Shown: positions 1 to 10,363, numbered from the stretch's first letter. The stretch: 32,000 nt of DNA from Dickeya solani IPO 2222 (GCF_001644705.1 NZ_CP015137.1:3480001-3512000); one strand, 5' to 3'. Translations and numbers: made by a program. Notes: generated by a model from the sequence alone, not told the origin.

Positions 1-217
1 TTGTTGTTTCGGATGACCAAAAAAAGTGGCTAACTGCGTGTAAAATACCAAAGAATATGTTTGTGGCTTATAAATATGTGGGGTGAATGGAGTCAGCTCG
101 CTTTTTTATCATGTTTTATCACTTTTTGATGATGTTCGGCTGGACAAATGCGCTGCTACTTGCTGTACTGTATTTGACACAGATTTTGTGTCGTTCATTC
201 ATGTAAAGGTAAGTTTG

Positions 218-427
218 ATGTCTAAGATTAAAGGTAGCGTTAAGTGGTTTAATGAATCCAAAGGATTCGGTTTCATTACTCCGGAAGATGGCAGCAAGGA
301 CGTATTCGTTCACTTTTCTGCTATCCAGAGCAACGGTTTCAAAACCCTGGCTGAAGGTCAGCGCGTAGAGTTTGAAATCACCAGTGGCGCTAAAGGACCT
401 TCTGCTGCTAACGTTATCGCTATTTAA
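218..427 (+). CDS. cspE: Cold-shock protein CspE (CspA family, 69 aa)
   Basis: Within track ORF 83..427, the ATG at 218 gives [37 protein letters not shown]..., with the RNP1 (KGFGFI) and RNP2 (VFVHF) cold-shock motifs. An AGGT SD lies about 7 nt upstream. The gene sits next to crcB as in E. coli. The upstream 45 codons of the track ORF have no homology. Confidence 0.95.
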   Translation: MSKIKGSVKWFNESKGFGFITPEDGSKDVFVHFSAIQSNGFKTLAEGQRVEFEITSGAKGPSAANVIAI

Positions 428-443
428 TTATACCGATTTCCTG

Positions 444-475
444 AAAAACCCGCCTGATGGCGGGTTTTTATTTTG
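444..475. terminator. Bidirectional intrinsic terminator shared by convergent cspE and crcB
   Basis: Stem ACCCGCC (448-454) pairs with GGCGGGT (459-465) around loop TGAT. An A-run lies upstream and TTTTTATTTTG downstream, so a U-tract is available on both strands. Confidence 0.8.
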
Positions 476-488
476 TGTCTTACCCATC

Positions 489-872
489 TCAGTGAGCGCT
501 CAGCCAGCCCATCAGCGCGAATGCCAGCGCCGTCATAACCAGCGAACCAAGCAGATTGAGCAGCAAATTGAACAGCGCCGCTGCCCATTCACCGCTCTGC
601 AGCAAGGTAACCATTTCGTAGGAAAAGGTAGAGAACGTTGTCAGACCGCCGCAAAAACCGGTCGTGAGCAACAGTTTCCAGTGTGACGGAAGGTCGGGCT
701 GGCGCATGAAATAGCTCATGGCCGCACCGATAATGAAGGCGCCGATCAGGTTGGCCAGCAGTGTGCCGGCGGGAATCTGGGGAAACAGATTATTAAAGCG
801 CACGCTGAGTTGCCAGCGCGCGACGCTGCCAATTCCGCCGCCGATAAAAACAGCAAGTAACGTACTATACAT
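489..872 (-). CDS. crcB: Fluoride ion channel CrcB/FluC
   Basis: Track ORF 489..890. Alignment from memory to E. coli CrcB ([16 protein letters not shown] ... [14 protein letters not shown] ... NLLGSxxMTALAF) favours the ATG at 872 ([13 protein letters not shown]), which is preceded by AAGGTGA. A fluoride riboswitch lies directly upstream. Confidence 0.93.
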   Translation of the reverse strand: MYSTLLAVFIGGGIGSVARWQLSVRFNNLFPQIPAGTLLANLIGAFIIGAAMSYFMRQPDLPSHWKLLLTTGFCGGLTTFSTFSYEMVTLLQSGEWAAALFNLLLNLLGSLVMTALAFALMGWLSAH

Positions 873-937
873 AGTCACCTTTTCATTCAAGGGTAAGTTG
901 GGCTAATCTCGAAAGGGCACGCCCGATTGAGGGACTC

Positions 938-984
938 GCAGACATCATCAGCCGGAAGGGCGGTTATGGAGGAATGTCATCTCC
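938..984 (-). promoter_or_regulatory. Fluoride riboswitch aptamer (crcB RNA motif) in the crcB leader
   Basis: The minus strand reads GGAGAUGACAUUCCUCCAUAACCGCCCUUCCGGCUGAUGAUGUCUGC. It has P1 GGAG/CUCC, pseudoknot GACAU...AUGUC, the AUAAC linker, P3 GCC/GGC and the UGAUGA block. These blocks occur in the same order as in the published B. cereus and T. petrophila aptamers (recalled from memory). The aptamer ends about 65 nt upstream of the crcB start. Confidence 0.85.
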
Positions 985-1081
985 GTTACTGGCTAGTAAA
1001 GTCTACCCGCATGCTGATGATTTTTGTAGCCGTGGCATTTTTACCAAATGTATCCGCCTGTTAGGTATAAAGGAGCCTGAT

Positions 1082-1870
1082 ATGAAAGTGGCGCTCGGTC
1101 AGTTTGCCGTGCAACGTCTATGGCAAGACAACGCCCAGACCTGCATAACATTAATGGCCCAGGCGGAGTCCGCCGGGGCTGATTTGCTGGTGCTGCCGGA
1201 GGCGGTGCTGGCGCGAGACAATACGGACCCGGAATGGGGCGTCGGTTGCGCCCAGCCGATCACCGGCCCGTTTGTCAGCCAGTTGCTGACTGCCAGCCAG
1301 TCTCTGGATATCAGCGTGGTGTTTACCCTGCATACGCCGGCGGCGGATGGGCGTGTGCATAATACGTTGCTGGTTATCCGGCGGGGCGAAGTGTTGGTTC
1401 ATTATCACAAGCTGCACCTGTATGACGCCTTTACGGTACAGGAGTCCCGACGGGTGTCGCCAGGAACGGCGTTGCCGCCGGTGGTGGAGGTGGCGGGAAT
1501 GCGTGTCGGGCTGATGGTGTGCTACGACATCCGTTTCGCCGAGATGGCGCGCCAGCTGGCGGTCAGCGGCGCTGATGTGCTGGTGGTGCCGGCGGCTTGG
1601 GTGAAAGGCCCGCAGAAGGAAGCGCACTGGGAATTGCTGGCACGAGCACGGGCGCTCGAGAACACCTGTTATCTGGTGGCGACAGGGGAGTGCAGCGACA
1701 GGAATATCGGCAATAGCATGGTGGTGGACCCGATGGGCGTGGTTATCGCCCAGGCCGCCGAACAACCTGAATTGCTGCTGGCGGAACTGAAGCTGGAGCG
1801 TATTCAAGCCGTTCGCCGCCAGTTACCTGTGCTGCATCACAATCGTTTTAAACCACCTGTACTACGATAA
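1082..1870 (+). CDS. ybeM: Carbon-nitrogen hydrolase family protein YbeM (Nit-like, deaminated glutathione amidase type)
   Basis: Track ORF 974..1870. The ATG at 1082 is preceded by AAGGAG and gives MKVALGQFAV..., colinear with E. coli YbeM (...LPEALLARD...KLHLYDAF..ESRRV...CYDLRF...LPAAW...). The first 36 codons of the track ORF overlap the riboswitch on the opposite strand and are rejected. Confidence 0.9.
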   Translation: MKVALGQFAVQRLWQDNAQTCITLMAQAESAGADLLVLPEAVLARDNTDPEWGVGCAQPITGPFVSQLLTASQSLDISVVFTLHTPAADGRVHNTLLVIRRGEVLVHYHKLHLYDAFTVQESRRVSPGTALPPVVEVAGMRVGLMVCYDIRFAEMARQLAVSGADVLVVPAAWVKGPQKEAHWELLARARALENTCYLVATGECSDRNIGNSMVVDPMGVVIAQAAEQPELLLAELKLERIQAVRRQLPVLHHNRFKPPVLR

Positions 1871-2023
1871 CAACAAGGCATCACATGCCGGATAAAAAAC
1901 AGCGCTGGCGATGGGCGTCTTACTTTGTTACAGATGACCATTGCCTTATCCGGTGTATCGATTTAAAAAAGAGCAATGTAAAGCGCGCTGGCTTTTCCAG
2001 CTCACATTATCAGGTAGGTATGT

Positions 2024-2233
2024 ATGGAAGGTATCAGTATTGCCAAGCTCTTAGTGATTGGCGCCTTGATTGTTCTGCTGTTCGGGACCAATAAACTGCG
2101 CAGTCTGGGCAGCGATCTGGGTGCCGCTATCAAAGGCTTCAAGAAATCCATGAGTGATGAGCAGCCAGCGGCCAAATCTTCCGCTCAGGATGAACATCCA
2201 GCCGCCATCAGCGAAAATCGTCCTAAAGAATAA
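2024..2233 (+). CDS. tatE: Twin-arginine translocase subunit TatE (TatA paralogue)
   Basis: The 69-aa product [43 protein letters not shown] matches the TatA/E N-terminal TM helix plus amphipathic helix. It sits at the tatE locus between ybeM and lipA. Confidence 0.93.
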   Translation: MEGISIAKLLVIGALIVLLFGTNKLRSLGSDLGAAIKGFKKSMSDEQPAAKSSAQDEHPAAISENRPKE

Positions 2234-2254
2234 GCACAAGCGCTGACAGGCACC

Positions 2255-2293
2255 AAAATAAAAAAAGCGGAGAGCTTTGCCATCCGCTTTTTG
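2255..2293. terminator. Bidirectional intrinsic terminator between convergent tatE and lipA
   Basis: Stem AAGCGGA (2265-2271) pairs with TCCGCTT (2283-2289). It is flanked by an A-run (2255-2266) and a T-run (2288-2292). On the minus strand the hairpin is followed by TTTTTTTATTTT. Confidence 0.8.
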
Positions 2294-2339
2294 TCTTGCT
2301 CGTGTCATTCTGTAAGGGGATGTTACGGGCAGTAGCCCG

Positions 2340-3305
2340 TTATTTCACCTCAATTCCTTTAGCCTGCAAGTCGGCATGGTAGGATGAACGAACGAACGGA
2401 CCGCAGGCCGCGTGGGTAAAGCCCATCGCCAGCGCTTCCGCCTTCATTTCCTCGAACTCTTCCGGCGGTACATAACGTTGCACCGGCAGGTGGTGACGGC
2501 TCGGTTGCAGATATTGGCCCAGCGTCAGCATGGTCACGCCGTGGCGGCGCAGATCGCGCATCACATCCAGAATTTCATTATTGGTCTCACCCAGACCCAC
2601 CATCAGACCGGACTTGGTCGGGATAGTGGGATGCGTGGCTTTGAATTTTTCCAGCAACTTCAGCGACCATTCGTAATTGGCGCCTGGGCGTACCTGACGG
2701 TAGATACGCGGCACGTTTTCCAGGTTGTGGTTAAATACGTCTGGCGGCGTGGCGGTCAGAATATCCAGCGCCCGATCCATACGACCACGGAAATCCGGTA
2801 CCAGCGTTTCAATGCGGATGGTCGGGTTTTTACGGCGGATGGCGCTGATGCAGTCGGCAAAATGCTGAGCGCCGCCATCGCGTAAGTCGTCGCGGTCAAC
2901 CGAGGTGATCACCACATAACGCAACCCCATATCGTGAATGGTCTGAGCCAGTTTTTCCGGCTCGTTGGCATCCGGCGTCAGCGGGCGGCCGTGGGCGACA
3001 TCGCAGAACGGGCAGCGGCGGGTACAGATGGCACCGAGGATCATGAACGTGGCGGTGCCATGATTGAAGCATTCCGCCAGGTTAGGGCAAGATGCCTCTT
3101 CGCAAACCGAGTGCAGACCATTACGGCGCATGGCGTCCTTGATGCCCTGAATTCGGCTGGAGTCCGCAGGTAATTTGATTTTCATCCATTCCGGCTTGCG
3201 GAGCATTTCCTGACGCTCGGTGACGACCGTTCGTACCGGGATCAGGGCCATTTTGTCTGCATCGCGGTATTTGACGCCACGTTCGATCTGAATCGGTTTA
3301 CTCAT
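2340..3305 (-). CDS. lipA: Lipoyl synthase (radical SAM)
   Basis: The 321-aa product is colinear with E. coli LipA. It carries both cysteine clusters, [12 protein letters not shown] and CTRRCPFC. Confidence 0.97.
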   Translation of the reverse strand: MSKPIQIERGVKYRDADKMALIPVRTVVTERQEMLRKPEWMKIKLPADSSRIQGIKDAMRRNGLHSVCEEASCPNLAECFNHGTATFMILGAICTRRCPFCDVAHGRPLTPDANEPEKLAQTIHDMGLRYVVITSVDRDDLRDGGAQHFADCISAIRRKNPTIRIETLVPDFRGRMDRALDILTATPPDVFNHNLENVPRIYRQVRPGANYEWSLKLLEKFKATHPTIPTKSGLMVGLGETNNEILDVMRDLRRHGVTMLTLGQYLQPSRHHLPVQRYVPPEEFEEMKAEALAMGFTHAACGPFVRSSYHADLQAKGIEVK

Positions 3306-3485
3306 GTTTGCGTAATTTCCAGTTCTGAATCGCTGTTATGAATTTATATAAAATTCATTGGATTACGTGAGTTGTTAAACTTTTTTTTAAAAAGCTCACA
3401 AAATTATATCATCTTTGCCCGCCAGCGAGCAGCCATTGAGGGACAAAATACAGAAATTATGTAAATAAAATGTAATTTAACAGCG

Positions 3486-4223
3486 TCAGGCCGCATCAGG
3501 CGCGCTCAGCGGGTGTGGCGCTCCCTGTTGCGACCCGTTCCACTCCAGCCACTCCTGCTGCTGGTAACCTAGCAGTTCCATAAATGCTTTCACCATCACT
3601 GGCGCGGTTTCGGTTACCGTTGCGCCGGGAGCCTGTTCGCTGAGCTGAGTCATCGCCATACCGGCATAGCCGCAAGGGTTGATACGCAGAAAAGGGGACA
3701 GATCCATAGCAATGTTCAGCGCCAGCCCGTGAAATGAGCAGCCATGACGGATGCGTAGACCCAGTGAACAGATTTTCCGCTCGCCGACGTAGACGCCGGG
3801 GGCGTCGGGGCGGGCGTGTGCGTCAACATCATAATGCGCCAGCGTATTGACGACGGTGTTTTCGATAGCGGTTACTAACTGACGTACGCCAACTTTGCGA
3901 CGTTTGATATCGATCAGCACATACATCACCTGCTGGCCGGGGCCGTGGTAGGTCACCTGACCGCCGCGATCGCTTTGAATCACCGGGATGTCGCCGGGCA
4001 TCAGTACATGTTCGGCTTTGCCTGCCTGGCCTTGGGTAAAGACCGGTAAGTGCTGCACCAGCCACAATTCGTCAAGACTGTTACTGTCCCGTTGTTCGGT
4101 GAAGGCGTGCATGGCCTGCGACACCGGCTCGTAAGGCTGTATGCCCAACTGGCGCACTATGATCGTGTCACGAACTTTGATCGTGTCACGGACTATGATC
4201 GTATCCTGTTGCAAGAGTGTCAT
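3486..4223 (-). CDS. lipB: Octanoyltransferase LipB
   Basis: The core [17 protein letters not shown]...VTYHGPGQ...KICSLGLR...HGLALN matches E. coli LipB. I place the start at ATG 4223 (MTLLQQDT...). The track start at 4250 is a TTG and remains possible. Neither candidate has a strong SD. The N-terminus carries the tandem repeat listed below. Confidence 0.88.
   Translation of the reverse strand: MTLLQQDTIIVRDTIKVRDTIIVRQLGIQPYEPVSQAMHAFTEQRDSNSLDELWLVQHLPVFTQGQAGKAEHVLMPGDIPVIQSDRGGQVTYHGPGQQVMYVLIDIKRRKVGVRQLVTAIENTVVNTLAHYDVDAHARPDAPGVYVGERKICSLGLRIRHGCSFHGLALNIAMDLSPFLRINPCGYAGMAMTQLSEQAPGATVTETAPVMVKAFMELLGYQQQEWLEWNGSQQGAPHPLSAPDAA
4152..4205 (-). repeat. In-frame tandem repeat, 3 x 18 bp, encoding [18 protein letters not shown] in LipB
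   Basis: Plus-strand units are gcgcactatgatcgtgtc, acgaactttgatcgtgtc and acggactatgatcgtatc. Each pair matches at 15 of 18 positions. Confidence 0.9.
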
Positions 4224-4333
4224 CGTCGGGTGAAGAAGGAATGAACGCAATTATAGCGGGGTGATGCTACAGCGAATAGCGGTTTCCTCGCTTGTCTCCG
4301 TATTAGGGAGACAAGGTCAGAGAGCGGCGGGTG

Positions 4334-4597
4334 TTACAGTACCACACGCACAATATCGATGTTACCCAGTTCTTCGTACAGCGTTTCCACCTGTTCGATA
4401 TGGGTGGCGATGATGGTAATCGACACTGAATGGTAGTTGCCTTTGGTGCTGGGCTTGATTTGCGGGTTATAGTCGCCGGGAGCATGGCGCTGAACCACTT
4501 CCACAACCCGATCCACCAGCTCCGGTTTTGCTAACCCCATGACCTTGTAGGTAAATGAGCAGGGGAATTCAAGCAATTCGTTGAGTTTGGTTTTCAT
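4334..4597 (-). CDS. ybeD: YbeD (DUF493/UPF0250 family, 87 aa)
   Basis: Track ORF 4334..4618. The ATG at 4597 has a GGAG SD 7 nt upstream and gives [21 protein letters not shown]..., colinear with E. coli YbeD. Confidence 0.93.
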   Translation of the reverse strand: MKTKLNELLEFPCSFTYKVMGLAKPELVDRVVEVVQRHAPGDYNPQIKPSTKGNYHSVSITIIATHIEQVETLYEELGNIDIVRVVL

Positions 4598-4621
4598 GGC
4601 GACTCCAGAGTCATTCATTAG

Positions 4622-4655
4622 TACAAAATTATCACTCCCGCCGAAGCGGGAGTGT
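4622..4655 (-). terminator. Intrinsic terminator downstream of dacA
   Basis: Stem CACTCCCGC (4634-4642) pairs with GCGGGAGTG (4647-4655) around a CGAA/TTCG tetraloop. On the minus strand it is followed by ATAATTTTGT. Confidence 0.75.
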
Positions 4656-4730
4656 TAAGTATGACCGAAATCCTGTTGTTCGATCCTTAAGTGAGCAACA
4701 TGAGGGCTATTGCTCAGGATTCAAGGGGGA

Positions 4731-5942
4731 TCAACTGAACCAGCGGTGGAACATCAGTTTGATGTAGTCGAACAGACGTCCGAAAATACCGCCTTCTTTG
4801 ACTTCGTTCATGACTACCAGCGGGCGTTGATCGACCACTTTGCCATCCAACTGGAAGTTGATGCTGCCCACCACCTGATTTTTGGCCAGCGGCGCGTGCA
4901 GTTCTGTATTGGTTAGCACATAGCTGGCTTTCAGGTCTTTCATGCGGCCACGTGGGATGGTGATGTAGGCATCTTTATCCACACCCAGCGATACCCGATC
5001 GTTGTCGCCGAACCACACCGGCTCGGAGGCGAATTCTTTACCGGTTTTCAGCGGCGCCACCGTTTCAAAGAAACGGAAGCCCCAGGTCAGTAGTTTTTTG
5101 CTTTCAGTTTCACGACCTTTGAACGTCCGCCCACCCATTACGGCGGAGATCAGGCGCATCTGGCCTTCGGTAGCAGAGGCCACCAGGTTGTAACCGGCAG
5201 ACGCGGTATGGCCGGTTTTAATGCCGTCAACAGTCAGGCTGCTATCCCACAACAGGCCGTTGCGGTTCATCTGGCGGATATTGTTGAAGGTAAATTCTTT
5301 CTCTTTATAGGTCGCATACTCGTCCGGTACATCGCGGATCAGCGCCTGACCAATCAGCGCCATGTCGCGGGCTGAACTGTATTGTCCTTCCGCATCCAGA
5401 CCGTGGACCGTTTTGAAGTTGGTGTTCTGTAATCCCAACGCCTTGACGTAACCGTTCATCAGGTTGACGAACGAATCCTGACTTCCTGCCACGTAGTCAG
5501 CCATCGCTACGCAGGCATCGTTGCCGGATTGCAGAATAATCCCTTTATTCAGCAAATAAACCGGCACGCGATCGCCCGGTTTGAGGAACATCAGCGAAGA
5601 ACCCTGGAAATCGGGGTTACCGGTAGCCCAGGCATCTTTGCCAATAGTCACGACATCGTTCGGGCTGATTTTCCCGGCTTTAATCGCCTGACCGATGACG
5701 TAACTGGTCATCATCTTGGTCAGACTGGCAGGGTTGCGACGGGTGTCGGCGTTCTTTTCCGCCAGTACTTTCCCCGAGTTGGAGTCAATCAGGATGTACG
5801 CTTCGGCATCAATATCTGGGACGGCAGGAATCATGGTTTTCAGATTAATGTCTTCGGCGTAGGCGAAAGTGGATGCACTGATGGCGAGAAATGTGCCGAG
5901 CGCAATACGTTTGGTAAAACAAGACGTGATTACTGTTTTCAT
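4731..5942 (-). CDS. dacA: D-alanyl-D-alanine carboxypeptidase PBP5
   Basis: The 403-aa product has a signal peptide, SLTK (SxxK), SGN and KTG motifs, and a C-terminal amphipathic anchor. It is colinear with E. coli DacA. Confidence 0.96.
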   Translation of the reverse strand: MKTVITSCFTKRIALGTFLAISASTFAYAEDINLKTMIPAVPDIDAEAYILIDSNSGKVLAEKNADTRRNPASLTKMMTSYVIGQAIKAGKISPNDVVTIGKDAWATGNPDFQGSSLMFLKPGDRVPVYLLNKGIILQSGNDACVAMADYVAGSQDSFVNLMNGYVKALGLQNTNFKTVHGLDAEGQYSSARDMALIGQALIRDVPDEYATYKEKEFTFNNIRQMNRNGLLWDSSLTVDGIKTGHTASAGYNLVASATEGQMRLISAVMGGRTFKGRETESKKLLTWGFRFFETVAPLKTGKEFASEPVWFGDNDRVSLGVDKDAYITIPRGRMKDLKASYVLTNTELHAPLAKNQVVGSINFQLDGKVVDQRPLVVMNEVKEGGIFGRLFDYIKLMFHRWFS

Positions 5943-6071
5943 GATTGGAACAACAACATCCGTGGGTATAAGTTAAAAAACGAGCCACACTATAACAGAT
6001 GAAAATCGGGGCGGCACCAGACAATACGTTACGCGATTTTGCCGATCGCCGGGGCGGTATTGTTATCGCTC

Positions 6072-6107
6072 GTACAGATAAGGAAAGAGGGAATTTATCC
6101 CTCTTTC
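6072..6107 (-). terminator. Probable intrinsic terminator downstream of rlpA
   Basis: Stem GAAAGAGGGA (6083-6092) pairs with TCCCTCTTTC (6098-6107) around loop ATTTA. The minus-strand tail CTTATCTGT is only moderately T-rich. Confidence 0.55.
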
Positions 6108-6120
6108 GAGCATGAATACG

Positions 6121-7287
6121 TTACTGCGCGCCAGACACCGTGGTGATAAATGACGGCTGTTGCGCTTCGCTGGAAAGGCGTTGTTGCAGGTCGGCAGCTT
6201 GCTGACGGCTCTGGAACGGCCCCAATTGAATGCGATATAAACCGTTATTCAGGGTGACTTTGCCAGGCACGCGGAAGCGCTCGTTCAGGCTTTTCAGCCA
6301 GATTTGCGCCCGTTGCTGATCGCTCAGCGCGCCGACCTGCACCACGATGTTGCCGGAACCGGCAGGCACCGCCGCTTGCGGCTGCGTGCGCGATGGCTGT
6401 ACGGCAACTGGCGCAGCCGCGACCGCCGGTGCAATCGCTGTGGTTCTGGCTGGCGTAGCGGCAGGTGTTGGCTCCGAACCTTCCAGTACTCCGCTGGGCA
6501 GCGGTTTGGGCGCGCCGAGGAAGCTGCCTCCGCTCGGGGTGCCGGCATTGCTGATAGACGAGTTGCTGCTAACGATATTGCTGGCGCCATCACCTGTCGT
6601 CGGCGTCAACGTGGCATTGCTGATCGGGCGCATCGCGGCGGGAGTAGTCGTCTGCGCGCTTTCCATGACCGGCGTTCCCAGCCCGCTGGAGCCCAGTGTC
6701 GGGCGTGACGGCAGGGCAAAGCTCTGTTTAGCGACACGGGTGCCGATGGTACCGGGGCCGGAGAGCGAGCCATCCGGTGCCACGCTAATGAAATCTACCT
6801 TCACCTTGGTATTGTTGGACAGATTAAGACGGTCGGCCGCACCTTTGGTCAGATCGATGATTCTGCCCGGCGTATAAGGCCCGCGATCGTTGACGCGCAC
6901 CACCAGACGGCGGCCGTTGCTGAGGTTGGTGACGCGCACATAGCTGGGAATCGGCAGCGTGGGGTGGGCGGCGGCTATGGCGTTGACGTCGAACTCTTCG
7001 CCGGTCGCCGTGCGGTTACCGACCGATTCCCGATCGTGCCAGGTAGCAAACCCGCTTTCACTGAAATTCTCCGGATTTTTGACAATACGATAGGTTTTGC
7101 CGTTCATGCTGTAATCCTGCATGTTGGCGGGTTTGTACGGTTCGTAACGCGGCTCCGCGCCGCCGATTTCTTCCACCGGGCCATTGTATGCCGAGGCCTG
7201 CGGTGAGGGAGACTGAGGCTGTTCCGTAACCGCACAGCCTGCCAGAGCCAGGCTGATCGCGCCAATCCAAACCCAATCCTTACGCAT
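6121..7287 (-). CDS. rlpA: Septal ring lytic transglycosylase RlpA (lipoprotein with DPBB and SPOR domains)
   Basis: The product has the lipobox LALAGC. The DPBB core reads ...YGxxFHGRxTA-like / AAHPTLPIPSYVRVTNLSNGRRLVVRVNDRGPY. A long P/A/T/S-rich linker precedes the C-terminal SPOR-like segment (VVQVGALSDQQRAQ...YRIQLGPF). Confidence 0.93.
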   Translation of the reverse strand: MRKDWVWIGAISLALAGCAVTEQPQSPSPQASAYNGPVEEIGGAEPRYEPYKPANMQDYSMNGKTYRIVKNPENFSESGFATWHDRESVGNRTATGEEFDVNAIAAAHPTLPIPSYVRVTNLSNGRRLVVRVNDRGPYTPGRIIDLTKGAADRLNLSNNTKVKVDFISVAPDGSLSGPGTIGTRVAKQSFALPSRPTLGSSGLGTPVMESAQTTTPAAMRPISNATLTPTTGDGASNIVSSNSSISNAGTPSGGSFLGAPKPLPSGVLEGSEPTPAATPARTTAIAPAVAAAPVAVQPSRTQPQAAVPAGSGNIVVQVGALSDQQRAQIWLKSLNERFRVPGKVTLNNGLYRIQLGPFQSRQQAADLQQRLSSEAQQPSFITTVSGAQ

Positions 7288-7296
7288 TGCTCACCC

Positions 7297-8409
7297 CTAT
7301 AAATTCTTGGATAACATTTTGCGGTGAGTGTGTATCGACATGACGATACCGAATCCCGCCATCAAGACGACCAGCGCCGAGCCGCCATAGCTGACCAACG
7401 GCAGCGGCACCCCGACCACCGGCAGGATACCACTCACCATGCCGATGTTAACAAACACATACACGAAAAAGATTAGCATCAAGCCGCCGACCATCACCCG
7501 GCCGAACGAGGTTTGCGCATTGGCGGCGATCACCAGGCCGCGCATGATCAGGAACAGGTACAACGCCAGCAGGATCAGCACGCCGATCAGTCCCAGCTCT
7601 TCGGCCAGCACCGCGAAGATGAAGTCGGTATGGCGTTCCGGCAGAAACTCCAACTGAGACTGGGTGCCTTGCAGCCAGCCTTTGCCGGTCAGGCCGCCGG
7701 AGCCGATGGCGATTTTCGACTGAATAATGTGATAACCGGCGCCGAGCGGATCGGTTTCCGGGTCGAGCAGCATCATTATCCTGTCGCGCTGATAATCATG
7801 CATCAGGAAGAACCACAAGACGGGAATGAACGCCGCCAGCAGAATGGCGGCAATGGCGATCAGCCGCCAGCTCATGCCGGCGAGAAACAGCACGAACAGC
7901 CCGGAGGCGCAAATCAGGATGGCGGTGCCAAGGTCCGGCTGAGCAGCCACCAGCAGGGTGGGGGCGAACGTCAGCACCAGCGCGATGCCGGTATTTTTCA
8001 GCGACGGCGGGCACATATCACGGTTGATATAGCGGGCCACCATCAGCGGCACCGCAATTTTGGCGATTTCCGACGGCTGGAAGCGCACCACGCCCAAATC
8101 GAGCCAGCGTTGCGCGCCTTTACTGATCTGGCCGAATATATCCACCATGACCAGCAGAATAAAACAGAAAATGTACAGATATGGGGCCCAGCCTTCATAG
8201 ACCCGCGGCGGGATTTGTGCCATGCCGAGCATGACGATCAACCCCAGCACGCATTGGGCGATTTTGCGCTCCATCATGCCCATGTCCTGCCCGCTGGCGC
8301 TCCACATGACGAACAGGCTATAGCCCAATAACGCTATTACACACAGAAGGAAAGGCAGATCAATGTGCATCTTGGTCCAGATTGAGCCTTTTTGTTGACT
8401 GTCTGTCAT
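7297..8409 (-). CDS. mrdB: Peptidoglycan glycosyltransferase RodA (SEDS family)
   Basis: Track ORF 7297..8589 is over-extended into mrdA. The ATG at 8409 gives [22 protein letters not shown]... (370 aa), colinear with E. coli RodA. Confidence 0.95.
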   Translation of the reverse strand: MTDSQQKGSIWTKMHIDLPFLLCVIALLGYSLFVMWSASGQDMGMMERKIAQCVLGLIVMLGMAQIPPRVYEGWAPYLYIFCFILLVMVDIFGQISKGAQRWLDLGVVRFQPSEIAKIAVPLMVARYINRDMCPPSLKNTGIALVLTFAPTLLVAAQPDLGTAILICASGLFVLFLAGMSWRLIAIAAILLAAFIPVLWFFLMHDYQRDRIMMLLDPETDPLGAGYHIIQSKIAIGSGGLTGKGWLQGTQSQLEFLPERHTDFIFAVLAEELGLIGVLILLALYLFLIMRGLVIAANAQTSFGRVMVGGLMLIFFVYVFVNIGMVSGILPVVGVPLPLVSYGGSALVVLMAGFGIVMSIHTHRKMLSKNL

Positions 8410-8416
8410 GGTGTCT

Positions 8417-10327
8417 CTACTCGGTTTCACTGCCCGGCGGCGACGGCGGCGCGTCCGGCAGGCTGGTATTGTTGTCGCCCAACATAATATGGTCGAGGAT
8501 TTGACGCACGATGGTCCCGACGGCCGGCCCGGCGCCGCCGTTTTCCAGAATGATGGACATGGCGACTTTCGGGTTGCTGTAAGGGGCAAAAGCGACCATC
8601 AGTTTGTGGTCGCGCAGCCGTTCGGCAATCCGGTTGGCGTTATAGGTTTCATTTTCCTTCAGGCCGAATACCTGCGCCGTCCCTGACTTGGCCGCGATTT
8701 TATACGGCGCGTCGACAAAGAATTTGTGGGCGGTGCCGTTCTGGCGGTTAGCGACGCCGTACATACCGTCTTTGACGATCTCCCAGTAACCGGAGCGAAT
8801 ATCGCCGATCTGCTGATGTTCCGACTGGCGGTACGGTATCTGAGTATTGTTTTCCTGCGTACTGTTGAGCAGGTGCGGTGTTTTCACCTGACCATCGTTG
8901 ATCAAGGTAGTCAGCGCTTTCAGCATCTGAATCGGCGTGGCGGTCCAGTAACCCTGACCGATGCCGACAGGAATAGTATCCCCTTGATACCAAGGCTTTT
9001 TATAGCGCTTCATTTTCCATTCTCGCGTCGGCATGATGCCCGGGCTCTCTTCCTTGTCGGACAAGTCGATGCCTGTTCGGTGTCCGTAACCGAATTTGCT
9101 CATCCATTCAGACAAACGGTCAATTCCCATGTCATAGGCGACCTGATAGAAGAAGGTATCCGCGGATTCTTCCAGCGCTTTGGTTAGATTCAGGCGGCCG
9201 TGCCCCCATTTTTTCCAGTCGCGGAAGCGTTTCTCCGAGCCGGGCAACTGCCACCAGCCAGGGTCGAACAGCGAGGTATAAGGGGTAATGACATTGGCGC
9301 TCAGCGCGGAGACCGCAATATAGGGTTTGACGGTGGACGCCGGCGGGTAAACCCCTTGCGTCGCGCGGTTAATCAAGGGACGGTTAGGGTCATTCAGCAA
9401 CGCGTGGTACGTCTTACTGGAAATACCGTCCACAAACAGGTTCGGGTCGTAGCTGGGGGTGGACACCATCGCCAGAATGGAGGCGTCTTTCGGGTCGGTC
9501 ACCACCACGGCGGCGCGGCTACCGGCCAGCAGTTTCTCGATATAGAGCTGGAGGTTGAGGTCCACCGTCAGGGTGATATCTTTGCCGGCTTGCGGCGGTT
9601 GTTCGTGCAACTGGCGAATCACGCGGCCGCGGTTATTGACTTCCACTTCCTCGTAACCTGGTTTGCCGTGCAGCACATCTTCGTAATAGCGTTCAATACC
9701 GAGCTTGCCGATATCGTGGGTCGCCGCGTAGTCCGCCAGCTTGTCTTCCTGATCCAGCCTTTCCAGATCTTTGTCGTTGATTTTAGAGACATAGCCAATG
9801 ACGTGGGTCAGCGCGGCGCCATACGGATAATAACGGCGCTGGTAGCCTTTGACTTCCACGCCGGGAAAACGGTACTGATTGACGGCGAAGCTGGCTACCT
9901 GCACTTCGTTCAATCCGGTTTTGACCGGGATGGATGTGAAGCGACGTGAGCGCTTACGCTCTTTTCTGAAGTTGTCGATGTCTTCATCGGTCAGGTCAAT
10001 GATCGATTTGAGCGCCTGCAGCGTCTCTTCCAGATTGTTGACCTTTTCGGGAATCAGCTCCAGCTGGTAAATCGTGCGGTTGAGCGCCAGCGGGGTGCCG
10101 TTGCGGTCATAGATGATGCCGCGACTCGGGGCAATTGGCACCAGTTTGATACGGTTTTCATTCGAACGGGTACGATAATCGTCAAAACGTGAAACCTGCA
10201 GGTGGTATAGATTGGCGACCAGAATACCGCTAAGCAGCAAAATGCCCAGGAATGCGACCAGCGCCCGGCGTACGAACAGGGCTGTCTCAGCCGTATAGTC
10301 ACGAAAGGGTTTACGTTCTATATTCAT
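8417..10327 (-). CDS. mrdA: Penicillin-binding protein 2 (elongasome transpeptidase)
   Basis: The 636-aa product has an N-terminal TM anchor and the STVK, SGT and KSGT motifs. It is colinear with E. coli PBP2, and its stop lies 7 nt before the rodA start. Confidence 0.96.
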   Translation of the reverse strand: MNIERKPFRDYTAETALFVRRALVAFLGILLLSGILVANLYHLQVSRFDDYRTRSNENRIKLVPIAPSRGIIYDRNGTPLALNRTIYQLELIPEKVNNLEETLQALKSIIDLTDEDIDNFRKERKRSRRFTSIPVKTGLNEVQVASFAVNQYRFPGVEVKGYQRRYYPYGAALTHVIGYVSKINDKDLERLDQEDKLADYAATHDIGKLGIERYYEDVLHGKPGYEEVEVNNRGRVIRQLHEQPPQAGKDITLTVDLNLQLYIEKLLAGSRAAVVVTDPKDASILAMVSTPSYDPNLFVDGISSKTYHALLNDPNRPLINRATQGVYPPASTVKPYIAVSALSANVITPYTSLFDPGWWQLPGSEKRFRDWKKWGHGRLNLTKALEESADTFFYQVAYDMGIDRLSEWMSKFGYGHRTGIDLSDKEESPGIMPTREWKMKRYKKPWYQGDTIPVGIGQGYWTATPIQMLKALTTLINDGQVKTPHLLNSTQENNTQIPYRQSEHQQIGDIRSGYWEIVKDGMYGVANRQNGTAHKFFVDAPYKIAAKSGTAQVFGLKENETYNANRIAERLRDHKLMVAFAPYSNPKVAMSIILENGGAGPAVGTIVRQILDHIMLGDNNTSLPDAPPSPPGSETE

Positions 10328-10363
10328 CCAGCGATTGCTACTTCACAGGGTTCATCGTTCGCC

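Noticed and set aside
974-1081. A 36-codon N-terminal extension of ybeM in the ORF track.
   Set aside because: It has no homology. It overlaps the crcB riboswitch and promoter on the opposite strand. The internal ATG at 1082 has a strong AAGGAG SD and matches the YbeM N-terminus.
1885-1953. GCCGGATAA ... GCCTTATCCGG inverted repeat (8-bp arms, ~50-bp spacer) between ybeM and tatE, reminiscent of REP/BIME elements. A 69-aa ORF (1885..2094) also overlaps tatE here.
   Set aside because: Only the terminal octamers resemble REP consensus and the internal sequence does not. There is no second copy in the window. The ORF overlaps tatE out of frame and lacks an SD.
4291-4315. Perfect 9-bp hairpin CTTGTCTCC/GGAGACAAG between ybeD and lipB.
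   Set aside because: No U-tract follows it on the coding (minus) strand, so it is not a canonical terminator. It may be an mRNA processing or stability element, but nothing in the sequence supports a specific call.
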